The notes beneath the pieces are model-generated. The model searched no databases. It was not told the DNA's origin and was given only the letters and a program-made list of their open reading frames with translations. DNA of 11,591 bases, from positions 1 through 11,591 of the forward strand of contig CAZKBD010000012.1 of NCBI GenBank assembly GCA_964550945.1. The letters are read 5' to 3'. The stretch is from an uncultured Methanosarcinales archaeon. Its GTDB lineage: Archaea; Nanobdellota; Nanobdellia; Woesearchaeales; CAZKBD01. Positions 1-7,378 of this stretch are shown here, piece after piece. A program made the translations under genes and the position numbers. The number at the start of each line of letters is the position of its first letter. Position 1 is the stretch's first letter.

Positions 1-1
1 G

Positions 2-772
2 CTTATAGGATTTTTTCTGGGTTTGGGATTCATTCTTTTTGCCGCCATTCAGTTTATTTTGATATTCACAACCGCTGCATTTACATACTCCGGAGAGGAG
101 ATTCTTGCGAAGCTGATAAGCATCTGGCCCCTTTTTCTCTTTTTGGTGATTGCAGACCTTTTTGTCCTGCTGCTTATAATCTCCTATGTGAGGGCCATGC
201 AGATTGGCGCTTACAGGGATGTGATGCTTAACAAAAAAATAACTGCTGAAAAGATTGTGTCATATGGCAGGCAGCATTTCAGGAAATATTTTGCAATTAA
301 TCTTATAAGGATGCTGCTCTATCTTCCTGCAATAGCAATAGTTGCAATTTTCATGATAAAGGTCTTTGCTTCGCTTTATGGATTTGTGATTTTTGGAAAT
401 GTCCCTGTTGTTGCTCTGGCAATTCCTTTTCTGATTGCTCTCCTTTATATTATAGCCATTTACTTTTCCCTTTATTTTCTTGACCCAATATTTTTCCAGA
501 AAAAGCAGGGTCCCTGGGAAACGATGAAGGCGTCCATGGGCTATACGAGAAATAACCCGGGGCATGTGCTTCTGGCATGGCTTGTTATGCTGCTTGCTTC
601 ACTTGCAGTATCCTTTGTGTTTTTCATACTTGCGCTGCCTGTTGCAGTCCTCTCTTTAACGCACTCTTACCTTCCTGTCCGTGTGCTTCTTGAAGGGATT
701 CAGTGGGTTATCTCCGCTTTGCTGGGCGTTGTGCTTGATTTGTTCTTGTTCAGCTGCTATTTTAAGAAATAG
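2..772 (+). CDS. polytopic integral membrane protein, 5'-partial, function unknown
   Basis: Frame 2 is open from nt 2 to TAG 770-772. There is no stop upstream of the TTG at 23 used by the ORF track, so the gene probably starts outside the window. The product is dominated by long hydrophobic runs, roughly six TM-like segments (e.g. FILFAAIQFILIFTTAAF, IWPLFLFLVIADLFVLLLIISYV, LLYLPAIAIVAIFMIKVF, VVALAIPFLIALLYIIAIYF, VLLAWLVMLLASLAVSFVFFILALPVAVL). No family recognised. Confidence 0.6.
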   Translation, partial: LIGFFLGLGFILFAAIQFILIFTTAAFTYSGEEILAKLISIWPLFLFLVIADLFVLLLIISYVRAMQIGAYRDVMLNKKITAEKIVSYGRQHFRKYFAINLIRMLLYLPAIAIVAIFMIKVFASLYGFVIFGNVPVVALAIPFLIALLYIIAIYFSLYFLDPIFFQKKQGPWETMKASMGYTRNNPGHVLLAWLVMLLASLAVSFVFFILALPVAVLSLTHSYLPVRVLLEGIQWVISALLGVVLDLFLFSCYFKK

Positions 773-804
773 TTATTTGTAAGAGCACAGGAAAAAATAG
801 AAAG

Positions 805-813
805 ATATATAAA
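805..813 (+). promoter_or_regulatory. archaeal TATA box (ATATATAAA) for the MNT/HEPN operon
   Basis: The A/T box ends 25 nt upstream of ATG 839. No Shine-Dalgarno lies between them, consistent with a leaderless mRNA. Confidence 0.5.
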
Positions 814-838
814 GTTAACTTTACACACATAAAGTAAA

Positions 839-1378
839 ATGGACATATATAAACTTAAGTGGACAATACTTGAGCAGGAGATTTTTTCCCTGCTATGCGT
901 AAAGGCAGGAGAAAAGCTAAGCCAGAGAGAAGTAGCTAAGATACTTAATGTATCACCTACAGCTGTTTCTAATTCGACCAAAAAGCTAAAAGACAGTAAT
1001 CTTATAAAAATTGAGAAAACAAAGACCATTAACTTCATCTCTTTTAACAGAGATGAGCATAAGGCAGTAGAGCTTAAGAGAGCGGAAAACCTCAAGAATA
1101 TCTATCTTTCCGGATTATCAGATTATCTAGAAAAAGAGCTTGCCGGAGCAACAGTAATCTTATTCGGGAGTTATTCAAATGGGGAAGATACAAATACTTC
1201 TGATATAGACATTACAGTTATAGAACGAAAAGACAAAATGCTTGAGCTTGAAAAATACGAGAAGGTTCTAAACAGAAGGATTAATATAAATTTTTATGAT
1301 TCATGGAAAAAGATACATGAGAATCTCAAAAACAATATATTAAATGGCATCTTACTGCATGGAGGTGTTGAGCTATGA
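839..1378 (+). CDS. winged-HTH fused minimal nucleotidyltransferase (MNT-type antitoxin candidate)
   Basis: LFGSYSNGEDTNTSDIDITVI matches the GSxxxG...SDxD minimal nucleotidyltransferase signature. The N-terminal segment LSQREVAKILNVSPTAVSNSTKKLKDSNLI looks like a MarR/ArsR-type HTH. The stop overlaps the next gene's start in ATGA (1375-1378). Confidence 0.85.
   Translation: MDIYKLKWTILEQEIFSLLCVKAGEKLSQREVAKILNVSPTAVSNSTKKLKDSNLIKIEKTKTINFISFNRDEHKAVELKRAENLKNIYLSGLSDYLEKELAGATVILFGSYSNGEDTNTSDIDITVIERKDKMLELEKYEKVLNRRININFYDSWKKIHENLKNNILNGILLHGGVEL
1361..1367 (+). promoter_or_regulatory. Shine-Dalgarno (GGAGGTG) for the HEPN gene
   Basis: GGAGGTG lies 7 nt upstream of ATG 1375, inside the 3' end of the MNT gene. 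This is typical for internal genes of archaeal operons. Confidence 0.6.
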
Positions 1379-1827
1379 GGCACTTAAAGCCGTTTGAATC
1401 ATTCATAAAAGACGGAATCATAAAAAAAGTTTCCATAAACAGCGAAAGGGCGAAAAGTCTGATAAGCGAGTCAGAAAGAAAGATGCGCTCCATAAATAGG
1501 CAGCTGGAAAAAATAGGCGTTATTGAGGATAATGCAAATGACTATGTAGAGCATTGCTTTGATTCTTTAATGAACATGGTAAGGGCAAAATTATACCTGA
1601 AAGGATATTCTGCAAGCGGCCAGGGAGCGCATGAAGCAGAGGTCTCTTACCTGAGGGAGCTGGGTTTTACTGAAAAGGATATCCAGTTTGCAGACCAGTT
1701 GAGATATTTCAGGAACGGAATACTCTATTATGGCACATCCTTTGATAAAGAATATGCAGATAAGGTTTTGAAATTTACAAAAAAGGCTCATCCAAAATTA
1801 AAAGAATTGCTTAGAGGTGAGTTATAA
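1375..1827 (+). CDS. HEPN-like all-helical protein (toxin candidate partnered with the MNT)
   Basis: 150 aa and translationally coupled to the MNT gene (ATGA overlap plus SD). The N-terminal ERAKSLISESERKMRSINRQL and C-terminal LRYFRNGILYYG...DKEYADKVLKF layout resembles HEPN domains found next to MNTs. A canonical Rx4-6H is not evident; R-N-G-I-L-Y-Y occupies that place. Assignment rests on context and general pattern. Confidence 0.6.
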   Translation: MRHLKPFESFIKDGIIKKVSINSERAKSLISESERKMRSINRQLEKIGVIEDNANDYVEHCFDSLMNMVRAKLYLKGYSASGQGAHEAEVSYLRELGFTEKDIQFADQLRYFRNGILYYGTSFDKEYADKVLKFTKKAHPKLKELLRGEL

Positions 1828-1946
1828 TGAATGAACTTGTATTAGCTGGTCTTTTAGGTGGCGTATAAAGTATAAGGCAAAGCATATATCTTTACTACAC
1901 TAGAGAAACTCTCCCATTATTAATGGATTATGAAATCTTCTTGGTT

Positions 1947-1972
1947 TGCCGTCATTACTGGCAGTGTTTTTT
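1947..1972 (+). terminator. weak hairpin plus T6 run, possible terminator of the MNT/HEPN operon
   Basis: TGCC (1947-1950) pairs with GGCA (1960-1963) around a 9-nt loop, followed by TTTTTT (1967-1972). Oligo-T is the main archaeal termination signal. The stem is only 4 bp. Confidence 0.3.
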
Positions 1973-2012
1973 GTTAATGTACAGTTAATTTTAATTTGAC
2001 GCTAACCAAATC

Positions 2013-2020
2013 TTTATAAA
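2013..2020 (+). promoter_or_regulatory. archaeal TATA box TTTATAAA for polB
   Basis: The exact octamer TTTATAAA ends 23 nt upstream of ATG 2044, with no SD between, so a leaderless transcript is predicted. Confidence 0.6.
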
Positions 2021-2043
2021 CACAGTTTTACTACTTTTCAATT

Positions 2044-4488
2044 ATGGGGGTAAAGCTGCAGTTTTTTCCACTTGATGTAACCTACAAGGTTATTGACAAC
2101 AAAGCTGTGATCTTGCTATTTGGAAGAACAGCCGATGGCCAGCAGGTATGTGTTCTTGATGAAAGTTTTGAGCCTTATTTCTATGTCATACCCAAAAAAG
2201 GCAATGATGTAGCAGAAAAGCTGGAAAAGATCAGTGTTGAAATAGATGATAAGGTCAGCTCTGTGGCCAAAGCAAGGCAGCTAATAAAAAAATTAAACGG
2301 AAATCAAGTTACAGCAATAAAGGTTTTTACTAAGCTTCCAAGGGATGTTCCCATAATAAGGGATGTGATCAAAGAATGGGAGATCATCCAAAGCATAAAC
2401 GAGTATGATATACTGTTTGCAAGGCGCTATCTTATTGACAAAGACATAACTCCGATGACATTATGCGAGGCTGAAGGAGACTTTGTCAGCTTCAAAAGCA
2501 AAGTCCCTGTTTTAAAGGCCACTAAATTAGAGCAATTTAGCGCTGACGCGCTTATAAACCCAAAAATCCTGGCATTTGATATCGAAACATACAATCCATC
2601 TGGAAAAGAGATGGCTCCAGATAAAAATCCAATCATAATGGTTTCTTTTTATGGTGAAAACTTTAAAAAGGTCATAACATGGAAAAGATTCAAAACAACA
2701 GAAGAGTATATAGAATTTGTTGAAAGCGAAGCCCAGTTAATTGAAAGAATCAAGGAGATAATAGAGGTTTTCAAGCCGGATATAATAACAGGATATTTCT
2801 CTGACGGCTTTGACTTCCCTTACATAGAGACCAGGGCAAAAAAATACAAGATCAGGCTGGATCTTGGCTTGGATTATTCTGATCTGGCTATTGAAACAAA
2901 GCCGCAGAGTGCTGCAAAACTAACTGGCATTGTGCATCTTGACATCTTCAAATTCATCAGAAAGATCATGGGCAGCTCAATGGACACAGAAACTTATGGG
3001 CTGTCAAATGTTGCGCATGAGCTTATAGGCGAGCAAAAACAGGATGTTGAATTAGACAATATGGCAGATGTATGGGATAATAAGATTGAGGAAATCGAAA
3101 AATTCTGCAGATACAACCTTCACGATTCTTACTTGGCATATAAGCTGTCTGAAAAAGTTTTCCCAAACATCGTTGAGCTTGTAAAGATAGTGGGCTTGCC
3201 TGTATATGACATAATCCGGATGGGCTTTTCGCAGTTAGTTGAGTGGTATCTGATCAAGCAGGCGCTGAATTTCAATGAGATTTGCCCTAATAGGCCAAAT
3301 TATAATGAGATAAAACAAAGAAGGATGCAGACTTACACAGGAGCATTTGTTTATGAGCCGCAGCCTGGCCTTTACAGTGATATTGTTGTTTTTGACTACA
3401 GGAGCCTATACCCCACAGTATTAAGCTCCCATAACATCAGCCCAGACACTTTAAATTGCGCATGCTGCGAAGGCCAAAACAGGACGCCAGGCGAGAAATA
3501 TTGGTTCTGCGCCAAGAAAAAAGGATTCCTGCCAGCAGTGATTGAAGACCTTATAACAAGAAGGATGAGGATTAAAGAGATAATCAAGGAAGATGAGGAA
3601 AAATTCAGATTGCTGGATGCAAGGCAGAATTCCCTTAAATTGCTGGCAAATTCCTTTTACGGATATCTTGGCTTTTTTGGCGCAAGATGGTATTCGATAG
3701 AATGCGCACGTTCAGTTACAGCATATGGCAGATTTTACATCCATAAGGTTATTGACAGGGCTAAAAGCTCTGGCTTTAAAGTTCTTTATAGCGATACAGA
3801 TTCCATATTCCTGGCATTGCAGAACAGGACCAAAGAAGACGCAAAAAAATTTTTAGAGTCAATCAACTTGGAATTGCCTGGGTTGATGGAGCTTGAATAT
3901 GAAGATTTTTATCCAAATGGGATTTTTGTATCAGCAAAAGAAGGAGCCTATGGAGCCAAGAAAAAATATGCCCTTATCTCTGAAAATGGCGTTCTAAAAA
4001 TAAGGGGTTTTGAGGCCATAAGAAGGAATTGGAGCTTTATCGCAAAGGAAGTGCAGAAAAATGTCCTAAACCTTGTTCTGAAAGAGAATGATAAAGCAAA
4101 GGCATTCAAATACGTAAGGGAAGTTATTGAAGAGCTTAAGGGCAATAAAACCCCTGCTGATAAGGTTGTTATATACACTCAGCTCCAGAAAGAGATTTCT
4201 GATTATGATTCCATAAGCCCTCATGTGAGGGTTGCAAAAAGGATGCAGGATAAAGGCCTTTCTGTCGGCCCTGGCTCTTTGATAAAATTTATTGTGACTA
4301 AAGGAGAGGGCACAATAGGCGATAAGGCAAGGCTGCCAGAAGAAGTTAAGCAGGAAGATTATGATCCAGATTACTATATCCATAACCAGATAATCCCTGC
4401 TGTTGAAAAAATCTTTAATGTTCTTGGCTATACAAAAGAGGATTTATTGGCCAGCAAAGAGCAGAGCAAATTAGGGAGTTATTTCTAA
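2044..4488 (+). CDS. polB: family B DNA polymerase (archaeal PolB, replicative type)
   Basis: Exo I is FDIETY, Exo II is GYFSDGFDFPYI and Exo III is YCRYNLHDSYLAYKL. Pol motif A is DYRSLYPTV, motif B is KLLANSFYGYLGF, motif C is LYSDTDSIF, and the KxY element is KKKYAL. The N-terminal FEPYFYV and PRDVPIIRD resemble the archaeal uracil-sensing pocket region. At 814 aa it has no intein-sized insertion. Confidence 0.97.
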   Translation: MGVKLQFFPLDVTYKVIDNKAVILLFGRTADGQQVCVLDESFEPYFYVIPKKGNDVAEKLEKISVEIDDKVSSVAKARQLIKKLNGNQVTAIKVFTKLPRDVPIIRDVIKEWEIIQSINEYDILFARRYLIDKDITPMTLCEAEGDFVSFKSKVPVLKATKLEQFSADALINPKILAFDIETYNPSGKEMAPDKNPIIMVSFYGENFKKVITWKRFKTTEEYIEFVESEAQLIERIKEIIEVFKPDIITGYFSDGFDFPYIETRAKKYKIRLDLGLDYSDLAIETKPQSAAKLTGIVHLDIFKFIRKIMGSSMDTETYGLSNVAHELIGEQKQDVELDNMADVWDNKIEEIEKFCRYNLHDSYLAYKLSEKVFPNIVELVKIVGLPVYDIIRMGFSQLVEWYLIKQALNFNEICPNRPNYNEIKQRRMQTYTGAFVYEPQPGLYSDIVVFDYRSLYPTVLSSHNISPDTLNCACCEGQNRTPGEKYWFCAKKKGFLPAVIEDLITRRMRIKEIIKEDEEKFRLLDARQNSLKLLANSFYGYLGFFGARWYSIECARSVTAYGRFYIHKVIDRAKSSGFKVLYSDTDSIFLALQNRTKEDAKKFLESINLELPGLMELEYEDFYPNGIFVSAKEGAYGAKKKYALISENGVLKIRGFEAIRRNWSFIAKEVQKNVLNLVLKENDKAKAFKYVREVIEELKGNKTPADKVVIYTQLQKEISDYDSISPHVRVAKRMQDKGLSVGPGSLIKFIVTKGEGTIGDKARLPEEVKQEDYDPDYYIHNQIIPAVEKIFNVLGYTKEDLLASKEQSKLGSYF
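4462..4485 (+). other. C-terminal PIP-box-like motif QSKLGSYF of PolB
   Basis: The last eight codons before TAA 4486-4488 read Q-S-K-L-G-S-Y-F. This fits Qxx[LIM]xx[FY][FY] at the extreme C terminus, where archaeal PolB proteins carry their PCNA-binding peptide. Confidence 0.6.
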
Positions 4489-4545
4489 AATAACTGCAGG
4501 TTAGAAAATGCTAAAAATCATATATCTCTTCCATTTCTAGAAAAC

Positions 4546-4553
4546 TTTTTAAA
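4546..4553 (+). promoter_or_regulatory. TATA-like box TTTTTAAA for the prs-pfdA-ftsY operon
   Basis: The box ends 25 nt upstream of ATG 4579, with no SD. Spacing matches the other first-gene promoters in the window. Confidence 0.5.
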
Positions 4554-4578
4554 CAACTAACCATTCTGCTGGCTTGTT

Positions 4579-5562
4579 ATGGAAAAGAAAATCAGGCTTA
4601 TTTCAGGCACAGCAAATAAGAAATTAGCAGAAGAGATCAGCTCTTATCTAAACATACCTTTAACACCAACTGATATCTCCAGGTTTAATGATGGCGAGAC
4701 CTATGTTCACATAAAAGAAAGCGTTAGAGGAGCTGAAGTTTTTGTGATACAGCCAACTTCACCCCCAACAAACGAAAGCTTGATGGAATTGCTGATTATT
4801 GCAGATGCCCTGAAAAGAGCGTCTGCAAAAGAGATCAATGCAGTCATACCTTATTATGGATACGCAAGGCAGGATAGAAAAGCAAATCCAAGAGAGCCTA
4901 TAACAGCTAAATTAGTTGCAAACCTATTGACAACTGCAGGCATTGATAGGATTATTACTTTTGACCTTCATGTTGACCAGATCCAGGGCTTTTTTGACAT
5001 ACCGCTTGATAACCTTGAGCTAGTGCCAATAATAGCAGATTATCTGCTGGATAAAGATATAAAAAATGTAGTGGTTGTAAGCCCTGATACAGGAGGCACG
5101 AAAAGGGCAAGAGAGCTTGCAAAACTTTTAAACGCTCCTTTAGCAATTATTGACAAAAGAAGGCCCAAGCCAGGAGAAGCTAAAGTGATGAATATAATAG
5201 GGGATGTTGAAGGAAAAAATGCTATCCTAATTGATGACATGATCGATACTGCCGGCACAATTACAAAAGCAGCAGAAGTTTTGGCAGAGAAAGGAGCAAA
5301 TGATATCTACATCTGCGCTGCTCATCCTGTTTTCTCAGGCCCTGCAATAGAAAGATTAGGCAGTGATGTGATAAAAGAAGTCGTGGTTACAAATACAATC
5401 CATATACCAGAAGAAAAGAAGATTGGCAAAATAAAGATAATATCAATAGGCCCTTTGCTTGGAGAGTCGATAAAAAGGATATATGAAGGCCAGCCAATGG
5501 GCATTCTTTTTGATGGTTTGTATGATAAGCTTGCTAAAAAGAGGGAATCGAAGGTGGATTAG
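4579..5562 (+). CDS. prs: ribose-phosphate pyrophosphokinase (PRPP synthetase), bacterial class I-like
   Basis: RFNDGETYV, VIPYYGYARQDRKA, DLHVDQIQGFFDIPLDNL, VVVSPDTGG and the PRPP-binding loop ILIDDMIDTAGT are all present. The protein is colinear over its whole length with my recollection of Bacillus/E. coli class I Prs. Confidence 0.96.
   Translation: MEKKIRLISGTANKKLAEEISSYLNIPLTPTDISRFNDGETYVHIKESVRGAEVFVIQPTSPPTNESLMELLIIADALKRASAKEINAVIPYYGYARQDRKANPREPITAKLVANLLTTAGIDRIITFDLHVDQIQGFFDIPLDNLELVPIIADYLLDKDIKNVVVVSPDTGGTKRARELAKLLNAPLAIIDKRRPKPGEAKVMNIIGDVEGKNAILIDDMIDTAGTITKAAEVLAEKGANDIYICAAHPVFSGPAIERLGSDVIKEVVVTNTIHIPEEKKIGKIKIISIGPLLGESIKRIYEGQPMGILFDGLYDKLAKKRESKVD
5552..5558 (+). 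promoter_or_regulatory. Shine-Dalgarno-like AGGTGGA for pfdA
   Basis: AGGTGGA lies 4 nt upstream of ATG 5563, and the prs stop TAG (5560-5562) abuts that ATG directly. Confidence 0.5.
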
Positions 5563-5976
5563 ATGGAAGACAAACAAAAGCATATGCAGGAAAAGTATGT
5601 GGAGTTCCAGTTATTGGACCAGCAGATTAAGCAGCTGCAGCAGCAGATTCAGGTAATGGAGCAGCAGATGATGGAGCTTAATGCAGTAAGGCAAAGCCTT
5701 GATGACTTGAAAAACATAAAAGCTGGCTCAGAAATTCTGACGCCCTTAAATTCCGGGATATTTGCCAAAGCTGAGATTAAAGACCCAAATGAGCTTTTGG
5801 TTAATATTGGAGCAGATGTAGTGGTAAAAAAAGACATAGGCTCTACCAAGGAGATGATAACCAACCAGCTGAATGAAATGGACAAGATTCACACCCAGAT
5901 GCATGAAGAGCTGCAGAATTCAGTTCACAAGGCCAGGTCAATGCAGGAAGAGCTTGTCAAATTAGTTGAAGAGTGA
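5563..5976 (+). CDS. pfdA: prefoldin alpha subunit
   Basis: 137 aa with coiled-coil N and C termini (QQIKQLQQQIQVMEQQMMEL; MHEELQNSVHKARSMQEELVKL). These flank a central double beta-hairpin segment, EILTPLNSGIFAKAEIKDPNELLVNIGADVVVKKD, which is typical of archaeal PfdA. It sits directly upstream of ftsY, a conserved archaeal neighbourhood. Confidence 0.85.
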   Translation: MEDKQKHMQEKYVEFQLLDQQIKQLQQQIQVMEQQMMELNAVRQSLDDLKNIKAGSEILTPLNSGIFAKAEIKDPNELLVNIGADVVVKKDIGSTKEMITNQLNEMDKIHTQMHEELQNSVHKARSMQEELVKLVEE

Positions 5977-5980
5977 TTTT

Positions 5981-7378
5981 ATGTTTAAGTTCTTAAAAGA
6001 TAAATTAAAGGATTCTATAAAGAAGATTTCTAATAAGATAGAGGAAGAAGGCCAGACTGTTGAAGCCGATGAAGAAGTTGAAGAGAAAGTTGAGGAGAAA
6101 AAAGGCTTTTTTTCCAAGATAAAGGAAAAGTTCTCTAAGAAAAAAGAAGAAGCGATAGTTCCTGAAGAAAAAGGATTTGAAGAAGAGATAGAAGAGCCTG
6201 AAAAAGTTGAAGAGGAAGAAAAAGAAGTTGAAAAAAAAGAAGTTGAAGAAGAGATTACAGAAGCTCCAGAAGAAAAAGCAGAAACTGGATTAGAAGAAAC
6301 AGAAAAGAAAGAAGAAAAGAAAGAAGAAGAGGATAAAGAAGAGGTAGAGGAAATAGAAGAGATACAAAAAGAGGAGGCTCTTAAAGAGGAAGAGGAGCAG
6401 AGATACGCAGAGCCAAAAGAACAAAGAAAAGAAGAGCCTGTTGAAGAAAAAGAAGAGCCCAAACCAGTTCCTGAAGAGATAGAAGAGCCTGCTCCTAAAA
6501 AAGGATTCTTTTCACTAATAAAAGAAAAAGTCACAACAAAAAAGATTAATGAAAGCCAGTTTGAAAGCTTGTTCTGGGATTTAGAAGTTAGCTTATTGGA
6601 GAACAATGTTGCTGTTGAGGTTATAGAGAAGATAAAAAGCGATTTAAAAGAAGAATTAGTGGACAAGCCGCTTAGAAGGTCAAGATTAGAAGAGATAATA
6701 TCAGGAACATTGAGAAAATCCCTGATAGATCTGCTCACAATTGATAAGATCGATTTCCTGCTTAAGATAAAATCAAAAAAGCCATTTGTTATTTGTTTTG
6801 TCGGCATTAACGGATCAGGAAAAACAACAACAATAGCAAAGATTGCAAACCTGTTAAAGCAGCATAAATTGAGCTGTGTCTTGGCTGCAGCAGATACATT
6901 CAGAGCTGCTTCTATCGAGCAGCTTCAGAAGCATGCTGACAATCTTAATGTAAAGCTGATAAAGCATAACTATGGCTCAGATCCAGCTGCAGTAGCTTTT
7001 GATGCAATCAGCCATGCAAAATCAAAGAATGTGGATGTTGTCTTGATTGATACTGCTGGAAGGATGCATTCAAATGCAAACCTATTGGATGAAATGAAAA
7101 AAATTATCAGGGTAGCAAAGCCAGATATGAAGATTTTTGTTGGCGAAGCAATAACAGGCAATGATTGCGTTGAGCAGGCAAAAGAGTTTAATGACGCCAT
7201 AGGGATAGATGCGATTGTTCTTGCTAAAGCAGATATAGACGAAAAAGGCGGCGCAGCAGTCTCTGTAAGCTATATCACAAAAAAACCGATTATATACCTA
7301 GGCACTGGCCAGGAATATTCTGATTTAAAAGATTTTGATGCAGAAATTATTGTTGAGAGTTTAGGGCTGGCTTCTTAG
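5981..7378 (+). CDS. ftsY: signal recognition particle receptor FtsY with long acidic A domain
   Basis: The NG domain carries G1 GINGSGKTTT, G2 DTFRAA, G3 DTAGR, G4 AKAD(IDEKGG) and G5 GTGQ. I prefer ATG 5981 (MFKFLKDKLK, a typical FtsY N terminus, 4 nt after the pfdA stop) over the TTG at 5966 in the ORF track, which would overlap pfdA. Confidence 0.95.
   Translation: MFKFLKDKLKDSIKKISNKIEEEGQTVEADEEVEEKVEEKKGFFSKIKEKFSKKKEEAIVPEEKGFEEEIEEPEKVEEEEKEVEKKEVEEEITEAPEEKAETGLEETEKKEEKKEEEDKEEVEEIEEIQKEEALKEEEEQRYAEPKEQRKEEPVEEKEEPKPVPEEIEEPAPKKGFFSLIKEKVTTKKINESQFESLFWDLEVSLLENNVAVEVIEKIKSDLKEELVDKPLRRSRLEEIISGTLRKSLIDLLTIDKIDFLLKIKSKKPFVICFVGINGSGKTTTIAKIANLLKQHKLSCVLAAADTFRAASIEQLQKHADNLNVKLIKHNYGSDPAAVAFDAISHAKSKNVDVVLIDTAGRMHSNANLLDEMKKIIRVAKPDMKIFVGEAITGNDCVEQAKEFNDAIGIDAIVLAKADIDEKGGAAVSVSYITKKPIIYLGTGQEYSDLKDFDAEIIVESLGLAS
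6041..6496 (+). repeat. Glu/Lys-rich low-complexity coding tract (FtsY A domain), purine-rich on the + strand
   Basis: Runs of GAA/GAG/AAA codons give EEEIEEPEKVEEEEKEVEKKEVEEE and similar. The tract generates the spurious Ser-rich antisense ORF 5962-6807. Confidence 0.85.

Noticed and set aside
260-565. 101-aa minus-strand ORF inside the membrane-protein gene
   Set aside because: It is antisense to a long hydrophobic ORF. Its basic, Cys/Lys/Asn-rich product is typical of AT-rich shadow frames.
757-1095. 112-aa minus-strand ORF
   Set aside because: It is antisense to the MNT gene, which has a clear nucleotidyltransferase motif. It shows no independent signals.
1827-1868. 13-codon mini-ORF (MNELVLAGLLGGV) starting on the last base of the HEPN stop codon
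   Set aside because: It is too short, with no SD and no supporting conservation that I can assess. It is most likely chance.
1876-1883. GGCAAAGC 8-mer in the HEPN-polB spacer, matching the core of the 9682-9690 element
   Set aside because: A single 8-nt match on either strand is roughly expected by chance in a window of this size.
4534-4543. Perfect 10-bp palindrome TTTCTAGAAA two nt upstream of the prs TATA-like box
   Set aside because: Palindromes of this length are expected several times by chance in 11.6 kb of AT-rich DNA. There is no second copy or other supporting feature. I note it only as a weak operator candidate.
2427-5885. Short ORFs listed inside polB, prs and pfdA (2427-2636, 3396-3587, 3948-4178, 4066-4383, 4955-5146, 5040-5258, 5322-5504, 5649-5885, all minus strand), plus 1591-1791 in HEPN and 6970-7200 in ftsY
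   Set aside because: All are antisense to genes with strong motif support. None has promoter or RBS context or a recognisable product.
5966-5980. TTG start for ftsY as given in the ORF track (MKSDFMFKF...)
   Set aside because: It would overlap the pfdA 3' end. The ATG at 5981 gives the typical FtsY N terminus MFKFLKDKLK and follows the pfdA stop by 4 nt.
5962-6807. 281-aa Ser-rich ORF on the minus strand
   Set aside because: It is the antisense shadow of the GAA/GAG/AAA-rich FtsY A domain, where TTC/CTC/TTT codons give Ser/Phe/Leu runs. It has no promoter or start context and lies fully inside a confidently identified gene.
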